Shown here: positions 14,363 to 26,866 of the stretch, piece after piece
Layout: each line of letters starts with the position of its first letter
Position numbering within the stretch: position 1 is the stretch's first letter
Origin: Antedon mediterranea
Taxonomy: Eukaryota > Animalia > Echinodermata
NCBI RefSeq assembly: GCF_964355755.1
Contig: NC_092672.1
Span: 1,364,001-1,428,000, forward strand
Reading direction: 5' to 3'
Length of the DNA: 64,000 bases
Program-made: the position numbers and the translations under genes
Notes under the pieces: model-generated
Seen by the model: the letters and a program-made list of their open reading frames with translations, nothing else
Database searches by the model: none
What the model was told of the DNA's origin: nothing

Positions 14363-15496
14363 TTTCGCAACAATGATTCCTTTGTTGGATATCGAAATCT
14401 GACTTGATCGACAATTGAAATGTGGCTCCTTGTCCATTTTTGTAGGAACTACTGTATGTAGAAATTTGGTTCATTCGTAACTAAACACACACGGGAATGG
14501 TTCGGTTGGATAAAAATTGTTAATCGGAAAGAAATTAATAATATTTCGGCAAATATTGTTCGCTCCTTGTTTCTTACTTTCACCGTCAAAGTGGCCAAAA
14601 TAACTAACTTTCGATGTGGAATTAACTAAAGCATAACTTAAAGTAAAGTAAGCTTAATCCCTCACAGAGTACGTCGTATTTTTTTTTAGAAAAACCAGAA
14701 AGAAAATGTTTATAGAATCTACTGGTCCAGCATGGTTCCGGTGGTCCGCCGCAGACAAATCGAACATGAATGTTTCGTTTTCACATAGACGCGTGAAAAT
14801 GAAACATTCGATTTCATTTTCCGGCGCCGAACAGGCGTGCAAAACCCTTAGTTCAGAGAAAGACGAGTAACCTTTGTACATGTATCATGAAAGGAATACT
14901 TCATATAAATTACAACATTCCATATAACACTATTACGATTTAATTATGTATACATCACCGCGTAATAAAGAGACAAGCGTTTGTTGTCAAATATCTAAAG
15001 GGTACCACTTTCTACAATTGTCACGTTTTATTTAGCTTTTTTTTTTTTTTTTGTATCTCCATAAGTGAAAAGATAATTGATATGTTATTGTTGAAGGCCT
15101 ACATACTTGATATAACGTTAAGTCATTACATGGGCATCAATTATTATGAGACCCATTAAGAATCATGGGTTTTATCTGACTGGCTGTGAATCGTTTATGC
15201 AGCAGCAATTTCAATTACATATTTTCCCCCAGAAATGTCTCTTCATGAAACCAAACCTTGTTTTTATATGATTTTAATGGATTCAGTGCATTCGTCAATA
15301 AATAATAATCTAGGTCTCTCACGCAATCTTCAAAGTACAACTAGCATAAAAGAAGATAGTACATTAACTTTATTAACTAACACATGACCGACAAAAACAG
15401 ATATTAATCTCCATAAAAATGTGAATCTAGATTGTGACGTAACATCTAGAATTTGTGACGACACTTTTCCATTTTTGCTGTTTCTTTATAATGATT

Positions 15497-15635
15497 GGTT
15501 CTCATAAGATGCAACGCAAGAACGTTCTACGCAAGAGATTTGACCAATCACAAGCGACAGTTTGAATGATCCGTCGCCTGTGATTAGTCACAATACTTCG
15601 GCTTACATCCTTGCGTACGTTATAGTGTAAACCAA
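15497..15635. mobile_element. Degenerate palindromic MITE (gaccaatcacaagcgac...gtcgcctgtgatt); related partial copy near 13585-13685
   Basis: Internal inverted symmetry, and a second related copy in the window. Confidence 0.5.
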
Positions 15636-16862
15636 TGGGAAAACAGCAGCGCGTACGGTAATTCTCAAAAATCGTGTTTTTGTTTTTAACAACTATGAGA
15701 GAACCCGAATTATAATATTGTGAATAGGCCTTTAATTATTTGTAGCTTTATTCTTTATATCTGAAGTTTGGTGGTTTTTGGAAAAATGTATAAATTCTAA
15801 CGGTTTCAATTTTATCCTAATTAATTGTGTGATAATATTTAATAAATGCATAAAGTATTCTGTTTTTAATAAATTTTATTTTCTTATCGGTAAAACATTT
15901 CTGTATAACAGACACACATATGGGATAGGCCGAATATGTTTTTATGATGAATTGTTATTTAGGCCTACTAAACAATTTCTAGTATCATTAAGGAGAGGAT
16001 AAAATCAGTAACTAATGAAAGTTATTCTATATAAGGAAATTGTGTATCTAAATTTGGTGAGGTGATTGGGCTTACAGTAAGGTGTTGGCGGCCGCATCTG
16101 CCCGCGCTCTCCACCTCCTCTGTGAATCCATCATAATCTTAATGGCACAATACATACGCTCCTTCCATAAAAGGTTGCACCAACACATACATTTTGTTTA
16201 TATTTTTCTATAACAACAACATCGACAACCAAGAGCTTGTGTATCACTCTCTAATACAAATTGATCCAATGATCGACAAATCTCACGGATTTTCAATACA
16301 CTCAATTCACACCATTTCATTATTAATTTGCCGTCGTTTATGGACGCGCTCTAACCCTACAAAAGATGTAATACCACGTGTATACGGCGGTGCCTTTTAT
16401 GTCTTTTCGTATGACAATTACCTGTAAATAGACGAGGAAAAGTGCGTTAAGTGGTGAACGCTCCTAAAATGTAAGATAGATACACATAGGATGATTTAAG
16501 AGAGGCATCCAAGGACACTATACGCGTAAACCAATGATAACGGTTACCACGAATAAAGGTGAATTGTTTTGATGATGATCCAAAAAATCTTCATCTACTC
16601 CCCGCGAATGCTGCGTCTAGTTCTTACGCTTAGTAAATTGTTGCGTAATAAAACAATTACATTCTAGCTATACCCTCAACAACAACCTAATCAGTTTACG
16701 TAAATAAAAAGAAACAATGCAAGTACTCCATTGTGTGTGTATTAAACGTGTACCACTGAACGTCTACATGTAAATGTATCATGACGTCATTGAAGATGAC
16801 GTCATATATTATTCTATTACAATTATTTATATTTTGGGTTCTATAGTTTTCAGTATTCAATT

Positions 16863-17130
16863 TTTGTGTATCATTATTTCCAAAAAAATTGAATTATTAT
16901 TTATATAAACGAAGTGTAAAAACTCCCTCATTCGCGCATACAATAATTCGGATTTGGATGTGGGTCCTCTATGGATAACGGACCTTATGGTGTAGTATTG
17001 ACGTTCGTACTCATAATTCTGCTATCATACTTCACATCTTATCCTTTGTGTATCATTATTTAAAAAAAAATTGAATTATTATTTATATAAACGAAGTGTA
17101 AAAACTCCCTCATTCGCGCATACAATAATT
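16863..17130. repeat. 182-bp tandem repeat; the second unit is interrupted by the 11.15-kb nest and resumes at 28281-28480
   Basis: The intact unit reads catacaataaTTcggatttggatg (16937-16960). The interrupted unit reads catacaataaTT[17131..28280]TTcggatttggatg. Confidence 0.9.
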
Positions 17131-17247
17131 AGGTTATATGCATTATCATGCATATAACCTCTTGATTCTGTCAAAATCTTTATTTATTGGTTATCCGCCT
17201 CAAGCGGATAACCTTTGTTATTGTAGTGTTTCTTTTTTTTTTTTATT

Positions 17248-19756
17248 GGTTATCCGCCTCAAGCGGATAAGCTCTTGTTATTGTAGTGTTACTTTTTTTT
17301 TTTTTTTTTATTATTCTTCTTTCTTTCTTAGATTTTGTGCACACGTTTTCTCTTCAACGTGTTAACATAACATGTTGTAACTTGGTCAACATTTAGACAT
17401 TTGAATGAATGAATGTTGTATAGTAAAATATGCAGATGACACAGTCATCACTGGATACATTACTGGCAATGATGAAACAAGCTATAGACAACTAGGATGT
17501 GATTTTTATCACTGGTGCTGCAATAACAACCTGAAACTAAACATAAAGAAAACAAAAGAAATGCAAATTGATTTTAGGAAAATTAAAGAACCCTTAGAAC
17601 CTCTGATTATAAATGAAAATGAGATTGAAGTAGTAAATGAGTACAAATATCTGGGTTGTATAATTGACAATAAGCTAAATTGGATAAATAATGTAAATAA
17701 AGCCACATGCAAAGCCAACCAAAGGATGTTTATTTTAAGAAAAATGAAGTACCTACAAATTGACAAAACTATACTTAAATTGTTTTATAACTCTGTAATT
17801 CTCAGTGTAATACTTTTTTGTAATGTTTGTTTTTATGGTAATACAATGCAAAAAGATAAAATTAAACTTAATCGAATAGGAAATAGAGCAATTAGACTAG
17901 TAGGAGAGCACTTACCTGATGTTGAATCCTTGTATAAAGAAAATGTGTTAAAAAAAGTAAAAAGTATCATTGATGATGAAACACATCCTCTTCACAAACA
18001 ATTTGCTCTCATGAATTCTGGCATAAGACTACGTGCACTTAATACCAAAACAAAACGGTTTAGGTGCTCGTTTGTACCTAATGCTATACACTTATATAAC
18101 TCCAGAGTACAAAGGTAAAATGTAACCGATAATTTTTATCTAATTTTAACAATTTTTAGCCTCTTAACTTTTTGTGTGTGTTCTTGTAAATTGTATTTTA
18201 TATTTTTGTATTTTGCCAGTTTTCAAATCACATTTCTGTTTTTTAAATGGACAATAAAGTATATATGACTATGACTATGACTATGACTTTAACTGAAGAT
18301 GTTCAGCCAAGCTTTTGGACGCTGTCAGATCCGCGTAGCGTAAGTCACGCGCGATTTTCTGAAAATCTTAAATCGGTCATAACTTCGAAACCGATAAATA
18401 TTTTTTAACGGAATTTTGTCCACGTTTTCTTCACATCAATGGCTAACTTTTGGAATGTTTAACACATTTTTGGAGACTAGAAAGTTTTCGCGTAAATTGC
18501 GTTTGAAATATTTTACTCTTCTTATTTTGTGCACGCTGTTTCTCTTCAACGTGTACACATAATATGTTGTAACTTGTTCAGCATTTAGACATTTTACTGA
18601 AGTTGTCCAGCCAAGCTTTTTGACGATGTCAGAGCCGCGTAGCGTAAGTTACGCATGATTTTCTGAAAATCTTAAATCGGTTATAACTTCGAAACAATTG
18701 AATATTTTTTAACGTCATTTTTAGCCACGTTTGCTTCACATCAATAGTTAACTTTTTTAACGCTACCGCAATTTGTAACATTAGAAAGTGCGCGCGTAAA
18801 CGGCGTTTGAAATTTTAAAATGCTTCAAATCAATTTCTGATTAAATTAGAGCACGATTCAGGTCATTTTAAGCGTTTAAAAAATTGCCACTGGTGCGCAC
18901 ATTTTTACGCGCGCACGGCGCAGGGAACACGTATGAGCATTTCTTTTACACGAGTTGTGTTTTTAAATCTTCGGTTAACAATTTAACGTTATTTTATTCA
19001 CTTTTCAACTTGAAATGGCGTTCTACGAGCACGTTAAACATGACAGGTTGCGCACAAAAACGTCAACAAATTGTGAAAATGTTCCAAAATATGTATACTT
19101 TTAAAAATGAAACAGTTCATCAGAATGCAAGGTTACCCTCATTTTTTATTTTAATTTCTTGCAGTGTATTAATCATAGCTCTGATTTATTATAGTCTTGA
19201 ATGTTAAAAAGTGTTTGATGGCTACATTATTTGCATATTAAATGTAATTTTTGAAATAATTATCATCAAACAAGCATAAACATATTCAAAGAGTAAAACA
19301 ATAAACATAACGTTTATTTTTTTTCTTTACATGTTAATATATAAAACTTGAAAGTATGCACTTTCATAATATGTCACTGTTTAAAATTTGTGAAGATTTC
19401 ATCATAGTAAAAATTATGATTTAAGTTGATTATGTAATAATCAACTTGCATCGAGTGGGTTCACGACATACCAAATGAACGAGGACTCTTTCTTCGGATT
19501 TTCTTCAGCAGGTGCTCATATGGCTGGATGTGTAGTGCACCCGACTTTGGTATCAGAGGTACCGGGTTCGAATCCCATAATGGGAAAACAATTAATTAAA
19601 AGGATTTATTTGGTTATTACACTGAAAGGGCAGTTTTAATTTTGAATAGGCTACTATTTGGAAAAATCACAACTGAAAAGTACTTGAATGCGCAAGATAC
19701 GTTTTGTTGCTGGCGGATAACCAAACTCGTCCTCAAGTGACGAGTTTAAGTTCTAG
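17248..19756 (+). mobile_element. HINE-like element B2, carrying a LINE insertion
   Basis: Same 5' head and 3' subTIR/hairpin/CTAG as B1; body colinear with 22231-23796 and 23797-25356. Confidence 0.8.
17403..18287 (+). mobile_element. 5'-truncated non-LTR retrotransposon (CR1-group, Rex-Babar/L2-like) RT C-terminus; ORF 17405-18118
   Basis: Contains KYADD, YKYLGCIIDNKLNW and the C-terminal HPLH..F....SG.RLR...TKT.RF..SF.P.AI.LYN motif. Ends with AATAAA and an (ATGACT)n tail. Flanked by TTT on both sides; sibling B copies show the empty site gacatttaactgaag. Confidence 0.9.
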
Positions 19757-19808
19757 TTGGTTATCCGCCTCAAGCGGATAAGCCCTTGGAATTGTAGTGT
19801 TTCTTTTT

Positions 19809-19899
19809 GGTTATCCGCACTTGGCGGATAACCCCTTGTTATTGTCAGGATCTTTTTGGTTATCCGCACTTGGCGGATAACCCCTTGTTATTGTCAGGA

Positions 19900-19940
<41 letters not shown>

Positions 19941-22230
19941 CTTTATTCTTCTTTCTTTCCACGAATTTTGTTCGCAGCGTATCTCTAATTCTAGCCAACA
20001 TATAATTCTATAACTTTGTTATAAGATTTGCCTGGATCTGTAGATGTGCATGACATTTTTTTTTTCGAATTTTGAGACGCGCAGCGTAAGTTACGCGCAA
20101 TTATATGAATTTCAATGATTGATCATAGATTAAAAACTAAAAGTCATTTTGTATTGAAACTCTGTGAAAATTTAAGTCATATCATGCGCAAACTTTCTAT
20201 GGATTAAAAATGGCATGTTTCACATAAAGTTAAGCGCGCACGCGCGTTTAAAATTTCAAAATGCGTAAAATTAATTTCTAATCAACTTTCTACGCGTTTC
20301 AGGTCATTTTGAACATTTCAAAAATTCCCACGCGTGCGCAATTTTTTTACGCGCGCGTGCGCACTTAGCGCAAAAACATAAATTTTTTGCTTGATTTTTG
20401 TTTTTTCAGCCTTTTCTAGTAAATTTACCAATTTTCAATCAATTTCGACTTAAAATCACGTCATACGAGCACGTAGAATTGAACAATTTGCGCGCGTTTT
20501 TTATGAAAAAGTTCAAAAATTTGTCAAAATTATGCCTTTTTTAAAACAGTCATAGATTCTAAACTCCGTGGGGAACTTCTTTAAAATTTCAGATTCCGGA
20601 AGTAGATGAGTTGTGGATAACAAATCATGCATCGATATGGCTAACCGGACATTGTGACGTCATCGTATGGCCACTCGAATATAAAATATAGGATTTTTCT
20701 CTCTTTCGCATAGCTCATCACATTTAATAGAGCGCATCTCCACTTATCCGTATTCCATTTCTCACCATTTTGTTATATTGTCTAGGCCAATCAATTATCT
20801 TTCGCATAATCTACCATTTTTTAAATTGTGATGACGTCATCATGTTCAAATGCGTCAATAACTTTGGTCACTTATTTTCACCTATTCTGCACTGTATGTA
20901 GTACGTATACAGTATATAGTGTATACCGTACACACTTAGACGCGACACAAAATAGAGGGCTCACTAACATTTTTTTAATGGCATAATCGTTTTTCTGCGC
21001 GCAATATTCTAACTTAGGTGTCATGCGCGTGGGTTTTGCGAGGCGGATAACCTAACTCGTCCGTAGTGACGAGTTCAAATCTAGTTCTATGTTCTTCTTT
21101 CTTTCCACGATTTTTGTTCGCAGCGTATCTCTAATTCTGGCCACCATATGATTGTATAACTTTGTCAAAAGGTTGCTCTGTAGCTGTAGATGTGCAAGAA
21201 ACTTCTTTTTTTAAATTTTAAGTCGCGCAGCGTAAGTTACGCGCGATTTTATGAATTTCAATGATTGATCATAGATTAAAAACGAAAAGTCATTTTCTAT
21301 TGAAACTTGGTGAAAATTTAAGTCATATCATGCGCAAACTTTCTATGGATTAAAAATGGCATGTTTTACAAAAAGTTACGCGCGCACGCGCGTTTAAAAT
21401 TTCAAAATGCGAAAAATCAATTTCTAATCAACTTTCTACGCGTTTCATGTCATTTTGAGCATTTCAAAAATTCCCACGCGTGCGCAATTTTTTTACGCGC
21501 ACGTGCGCACGTAGCGCAAAAACATCATTTTTTTGCTTGATTTTTGTTTTTCCTGTCTTTTTTAGAAAATTTACCAACTTTCAAACAATTTCGACTTAAA
21601 ATCACGTCATACGAGCACGTAGAATTAAACAATTTACGCTCATTTTTGATGAAAAAGTTCAAAAATTTGTCAAAATTATACATTTTTTAAAACAGTCATA
21701 GATTGTAAACTACGAGGTAAACTTTTTTTAAATTACACATTCTGGAAGTTGATGAGATGTAGATATCGAATCATGCATTGATATGGCTAACCGGACATTG
21801 TGACGTCATCGTATGGCCACTCGAATATGAAATATAGGATTTTTGACTCTTTCGTCATAGCTTGTCACATTTAACAAAGCGCATCTCCACTTATCCGTAT
21901 TCCATTTCCCCAATTTTGTTATATTGTCTAATTCAATCAATTATCTTTCGCATAATCTACCATTTTTAAAATTGTGATGACGTCATCATGTCCAAAATCG
22001 TCAATAACTTTGGTCCCTTATTTTCACTTATTCTGCACTGTATGTAGTACGTATACAGAATATAGTGTATATACCGTATATACTTTGACGTGACGCAAAA
22101 TTGAGAGCACACTAACATTATTTCAATGGCGTAATCGTATTTCTGCGCGCAGTATTCTAACGTATGACGTGCACGTGGCATTTGCGCTGCGGATAACCTA
22201 ACTCGTCCGTAGTGACGAGTTCAAATCTAG
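19809..22230 (+). mobile_element. HINE-like element C1; head 19809-19855, body 21085-22230
   Basis: 5' hairpin GGTTATCCGC-acttg-GCGGATAACC. 3' end GCGGATAACC, hairpin AACTCGTC-cgtagt-GACGAGTT and CTAG. Confidence 0.78.
19858..21084 (+). mobile_element. HINE-like element C2 (innermost, uninterrupted, ~1.2 kb)
   Basis: Complete head, long poly-T tract, body colinear with C1, terminal CTAG at 21081-21084. Confidence 0.82.
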
Positions 22231-25200
22231 TTTTTTATTATTATTCTTTCTTTCCGCCACTTTTTGTACGCGACGTTTCTCTGCAACGTGTTAACATAAC
22301 ATGTTGTAACTTGGTAAACATTTAGAAATTTAACTGAAGATGTGCAGCCAAGCTTTTGGACGCTGTCAGATCCGCGTAGCGTAAGTTACGCGCAATTTTC
22401 TGAAAATCTTAAATTGATCATAACTTCGAAACCGATAAATATTTTTTAACGTAACTTGCAGCCACGTTTTCTTCACATCAATGGCTAACTTTTTCAATCT
22501 TTAGCACATTTTTGGAGACTAGAAAGTTTGCGCGTAAATTGCGTTTGAAATTTTAAAATGCTCCAAATTTGTACACGCTGTTTCTCTGCAACGCGTGAAC
22601 ATAACATGTTGTAACTTGGTCAACATATAGACATTTAACTGAAGATGTGCAGCCAAGCTTTTGGACGCTGTATGATGCGCTTATCGTAAGTTACGCGTGA
22701 TTTTCTGAAAATCTTAAATTGAACATAACTTTGAAACAGATAAATATTTTTTAACGTAACTTTCAGCTACGTTTGCTTTACATTAATTGTTAACTTTTTT
22801 ATCCCTACCGAATTTTGTAACATTAGAAAGTGCGTGCGTAAACGGCGTTTGAAATTTTAAAACGCTTCAAATCAATTTCTGATTAAATTAGAGCACGTTT
22901 CAAGTCATTTTAAGGGTTTAAAAATTGCCACTGGTGCGCACTTTTTTACGCGCGCACGTCGCAGGGAACGCGTATGAGCTTTTCTTTTACATAAATTGTG
23001 TTTTTCAAACTTAGGTTAACAATTTTACGTTATTTTATTCACTTTTCAACTTGAAATGGCGTTCTACGAGCACGTTAAACATGACTGGTTGCGCACGAAA
23101 AAGTCAACAAATTGTGAAAATGTTGCAAAATATGTCTACTTTTAAAAGTGATACAGTTCATCAGAATGCAAGGTTACCCCCATTTTTTATTTTATTTTAT
23201 TACAGTCTATGAATTGTAGGTCTGATTTATTATAGTGTTGAATGTTAAAATGTGTTTGATTGCTACATTATTTGCATATTAAATATAATTTTCGAAATTT
23301 TTATCATCAAACAAACAATAACATATTCAAAGAGCAAAACAATAAACATAACGTTTATCTTTTTTCTTTACATGTTGATATATAAAACTTGAAAGTATGC
23401 ACTTTGCTAATATGTCAGTGTTTAAAATTTGTGAAGATTTCATCATAGTAAAAATTATGATTTAGTTTGATAAGTAATAATCTGTTTGCATCGAGTGGTT
23501 CACGACATACCGAATGAACGAGTAAACTTTCGTCGGATTTTCTTCAGCAGGTGCGCATATGGCTCGATGTGTAGTGCCACCGACTTTGGTATCAGAGGTA
23601 CCGGGATCGAGTCCCGTCACGGGAAAACAATTTAGTAAAAGGATTTATTTGGTTGTTACACTGAAAAGGCAGTTTTAATTTCGAATAGGCTACTTTTTGG
23701 AAAAGCCATAACTGAAAAGTACTTGAATGCGCACAAGATACGTTTTGTTGCGGGCGGATAACCAAACTCGTCCTAAAGTGACGAGTTCAGATCTAGTTAT
23801 TCTTCTTTCTTTCCGCCACTTTTGTTCGCGACGTTTCTCTTCAACGTGTTAACATAACATGTTGTAACTTGGTCAACATTTAGACATTTAACTGAAGTTG
23901 TGCAGCCAAGCTTTTGGACGCTGTCAGATACGCGTAGCGTAAGTTACGCGCGATTTTCTGAAAATCTTAAATCGGTCATAACTTCAAAACCGATAAATAT
24001 TTTTTAACGAAGTTTTCAGCCACGTTTTCTTCACATCAATGGCTAACTTTTTCGATCTCTACCAAATTTTTTGAGACTAGAAAATTTTCGCGTAAATTGC
24101 GTTTGAAATTTCAAAATTCTCCAAATTTGTACACGCTGTTTCTCTGCAACGCGTTAACATAACATGTTGTAACTTGGTCAACATTTTGACATCTAACTGA
24201 AATTGTGCAGCCAAGCTTTTGGACGCTGTCAGAGGCGCGTATCGTAAGTTACGCGCGATTTTCTGAAAATCTTAAATTGATCATAACTTTGAAACAGATA
24301 AATATTTTTTAACGTAATTTTCAGCCACGTTTGCTTCACATCAATTGTTAACTTTTTTAACCCTAACGAATTTTGTAACATTTGAAAGTGCGCGCGTAAA
24401 CGACGTTTGAAATTTAAAAATGCTTGAAATTAATTTCTGATTAAATTAGAGCACGATTCAGGTCATTTTAAGCGTTTAAAAAATTGCCACTGGTGCGCAC
24501 ATTTTTACGCGCGCACGGCGCAGGAAACGCGTATGAGCATTTCTTTTACACGATTTATGTTTTTAAATCTTTGGTTAACAATTTTACGTTATTTTATTCA
24601 CTATTCAACTTGAAATGGCGTTCTACGAGCACGTTAAACATGACTGGTTGCGCAGAAAAACGTCAAAAAATTGTGAAAATGTTGCAAAATATGTCTACTT
24701 TTAAAAAAGATACAGTTCATCAGAATGCAAGGTTACCCCTATTTTTTATTTTTATTTCTTGCAGTTTATGAATCATAGATCTGATTTATAATAATTTTTA
24801 ATGTTAAAACGTGTTTGCTGGCTACACTATTTGCATATTAAATATAATTTTGGAAATTGTTATCATCAAACAAACGATAACATTTTCAAAGAGCAAAACA
24901 ATAGACATAACTGTTATATTTTTTCTTCACATGTTAATATATAAAACTTGAAAGTATGCTCTTTCATAATATGTCACTGTTTAAAATTTATGAAGATTTC
25001 ATCATAGTAAAAATTATGATTTAGTTCGATATGTAATAATCAACTTGCATCGAGGGAGTTCACGACATACCGAACGAACGAGTAATCTTTCTTCGGATTA
25101 TCTGCGGCAGGTGCTCATATGACTCGATGTGTAGTGCAACCGACTTTGGTATCAGAGGTACCGGGTTCGAGTCCCGTCACGGGAAAACAATTAAATATAA

Positions 25201-25358
25201 GGATTTATTTGGTTGTTACACTGAAAAGGCAGTTTTAATTTCGAATAGGCTACTTTTTTGGAAAAGCCAAAAACTGAAAAGTACTTGAATGCTCAAGATA
25301 TGTTTTGTTGCGGGCGGATAACCAAACTCGTCCTCAAGTGACGAGTTCAGATCTAGTT

Positions 25359-25406
25359 AGGTTATATGCATGATATGCATATAACCTCTTGATTCTGTCA
25401 AAATCT

Positions 25407-25457
<51 letters not shown>

Positions 25458-26866
25458 TTCTTTCCTTAGCACTATTTGTCCGTCAATTATCTTGGCATCG
25501 GTTTTATCTATCTAAGTCAATTTTTCAGAGTATATTCCTTATGGCCAGGAATCGATGTGGTTATGTTTTCACGGTGCGCAATCAAAAATTACGCGGTCTA
25601 CGCGCGACTTAACGAAATCACGTTTGTAATCATATCTTCACAAACATGAATCACTTTTAAACAAAATTTGGTACTCATAAATTTCAGGTCATATTTCATC
25701 ATATGGCAATACAATTACGTGCGTAGCGCATATAACGCATGCGTACGCGCGCTTAAAATGTTGAAAATTGTCAGAATTTATTTTCGATGAAATTAGAGTA
25801 CGTTTCAGGCAATTTTAGGCGTTTAAAAAATTGCCATGAGTGCGCAGATTTTTGCACGCGCACTGCGCGTTATACGTTAATGCGCACTCTTTTTGTCCGA
25901 TTTCGGTTGTACAACCTTTCTTTAATAATATCATCATATTTTATTCACTTTTCAACGCGTAATTGCCTTATACGAGCACGTCAAAAGTGACAGGCTACGC
26001 ACGTGTAAGTTAACAAAATGGTGAAAATATGCTAAATTTTAAAATTAATATAGATCGTCAGAATGCTCGGGAACACATATTTTTTATTTAATTTTCTTGA
26101 AGTGTATGTATCTTATGTATGATTTATTATTAAACTAAGGGAACAAAAGTTGATTAAGCCATAATTAATTGCATATTAAATTAAAAAAAATTCATTTCGA
26201 CAATCAAACAAATTATGACATTTTCTTAGGCCAAAATAACAAACTTAACATTAACTTTCTTCCTTCAAAAGTTCATATATTAAAGTTAAAAGTATATAGT
26301 TTGACAGTGCATCATTTTTGTACATTTTTAGAGATGTCATCATAGTAAAAAATTATAATTCATTGCGGTATGTAATAATCTATCTGCACCAAAGTGGTTA
26401 CTGCATAGTAAATACACGGAGGAATTTTTCTACAATTTTTAGTCAGTTGTGTATGGCTCGGTGGTGTGTGCTCGTGTCTATGGCACTCAAGGTACCGAGA
26501 TCGAGTCTCACCTTGGGAAACGAAATAAATTTTTTTTTTTATTATCCGTATTGTTTGTTCAAATTTATTTCTTAGTGTATATATTATACACATGATTTAT
26601 AATGAAATCTAGATAAAAAATAACTTATGTCTTTATTATTATGTAACAGCAAATGTGGTTTATGACATTATACGCAGAGGGATCTTTGATCGGATTGTGA
26701 TACCGGCTATTGTATTCGCGTTAGCAAGGTCCTATCATATATTATATATTATTTAAAGAATCTGAGAAAATCAATGAATCAAAATATCTTTTAAAAATAA
26801 ATTATCTTTATTTTAATTATCAATGCATATAACCTATAATTCGTCATAGTGACGAATTAAATCTAG
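25359..26866 (+). mobile_element. HINE-like element A2 (uninterrupted, ~1.5 kb)
   Basis: Head AGGTTATATGCAT-gat-ATGCATATAACCT, (TTTA)n tract, body nearly identical to 26867-28280, terminal CTAG at 26863-26866. Confidence 0.85.

Larger units (their letters stand above)
19759..23796 (+). mobile_element. HINE-like element B3; head 19759-19806, body 22231-23796
   Basis: Head starts right after the CTAG-TT of B2. 3' subTIR/hairpin/CTAG at ~23755-23796. Confidence 0.75.
17189..25356 (+). mobile_element. HINE-like element B1; head 17189-17245, body 23797-25356
   Basis: 5' hairpin GGTTATCCGC-ctcaa-GCGGATAACC. 3' end GCGGATAACC, hairpin AACTCGTC-ctcaagt-GACGAGTT and CTAG at 25353-25356. Head-to-body pairing is inferred from bracket order. 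Confidence 0.75.

Noticed and set aside
14650-14880. GC-richer island with a 75-aa ORF
   Set aside because: No recognisable motif, splice pattern or second copy; cannot be supported as a feature.
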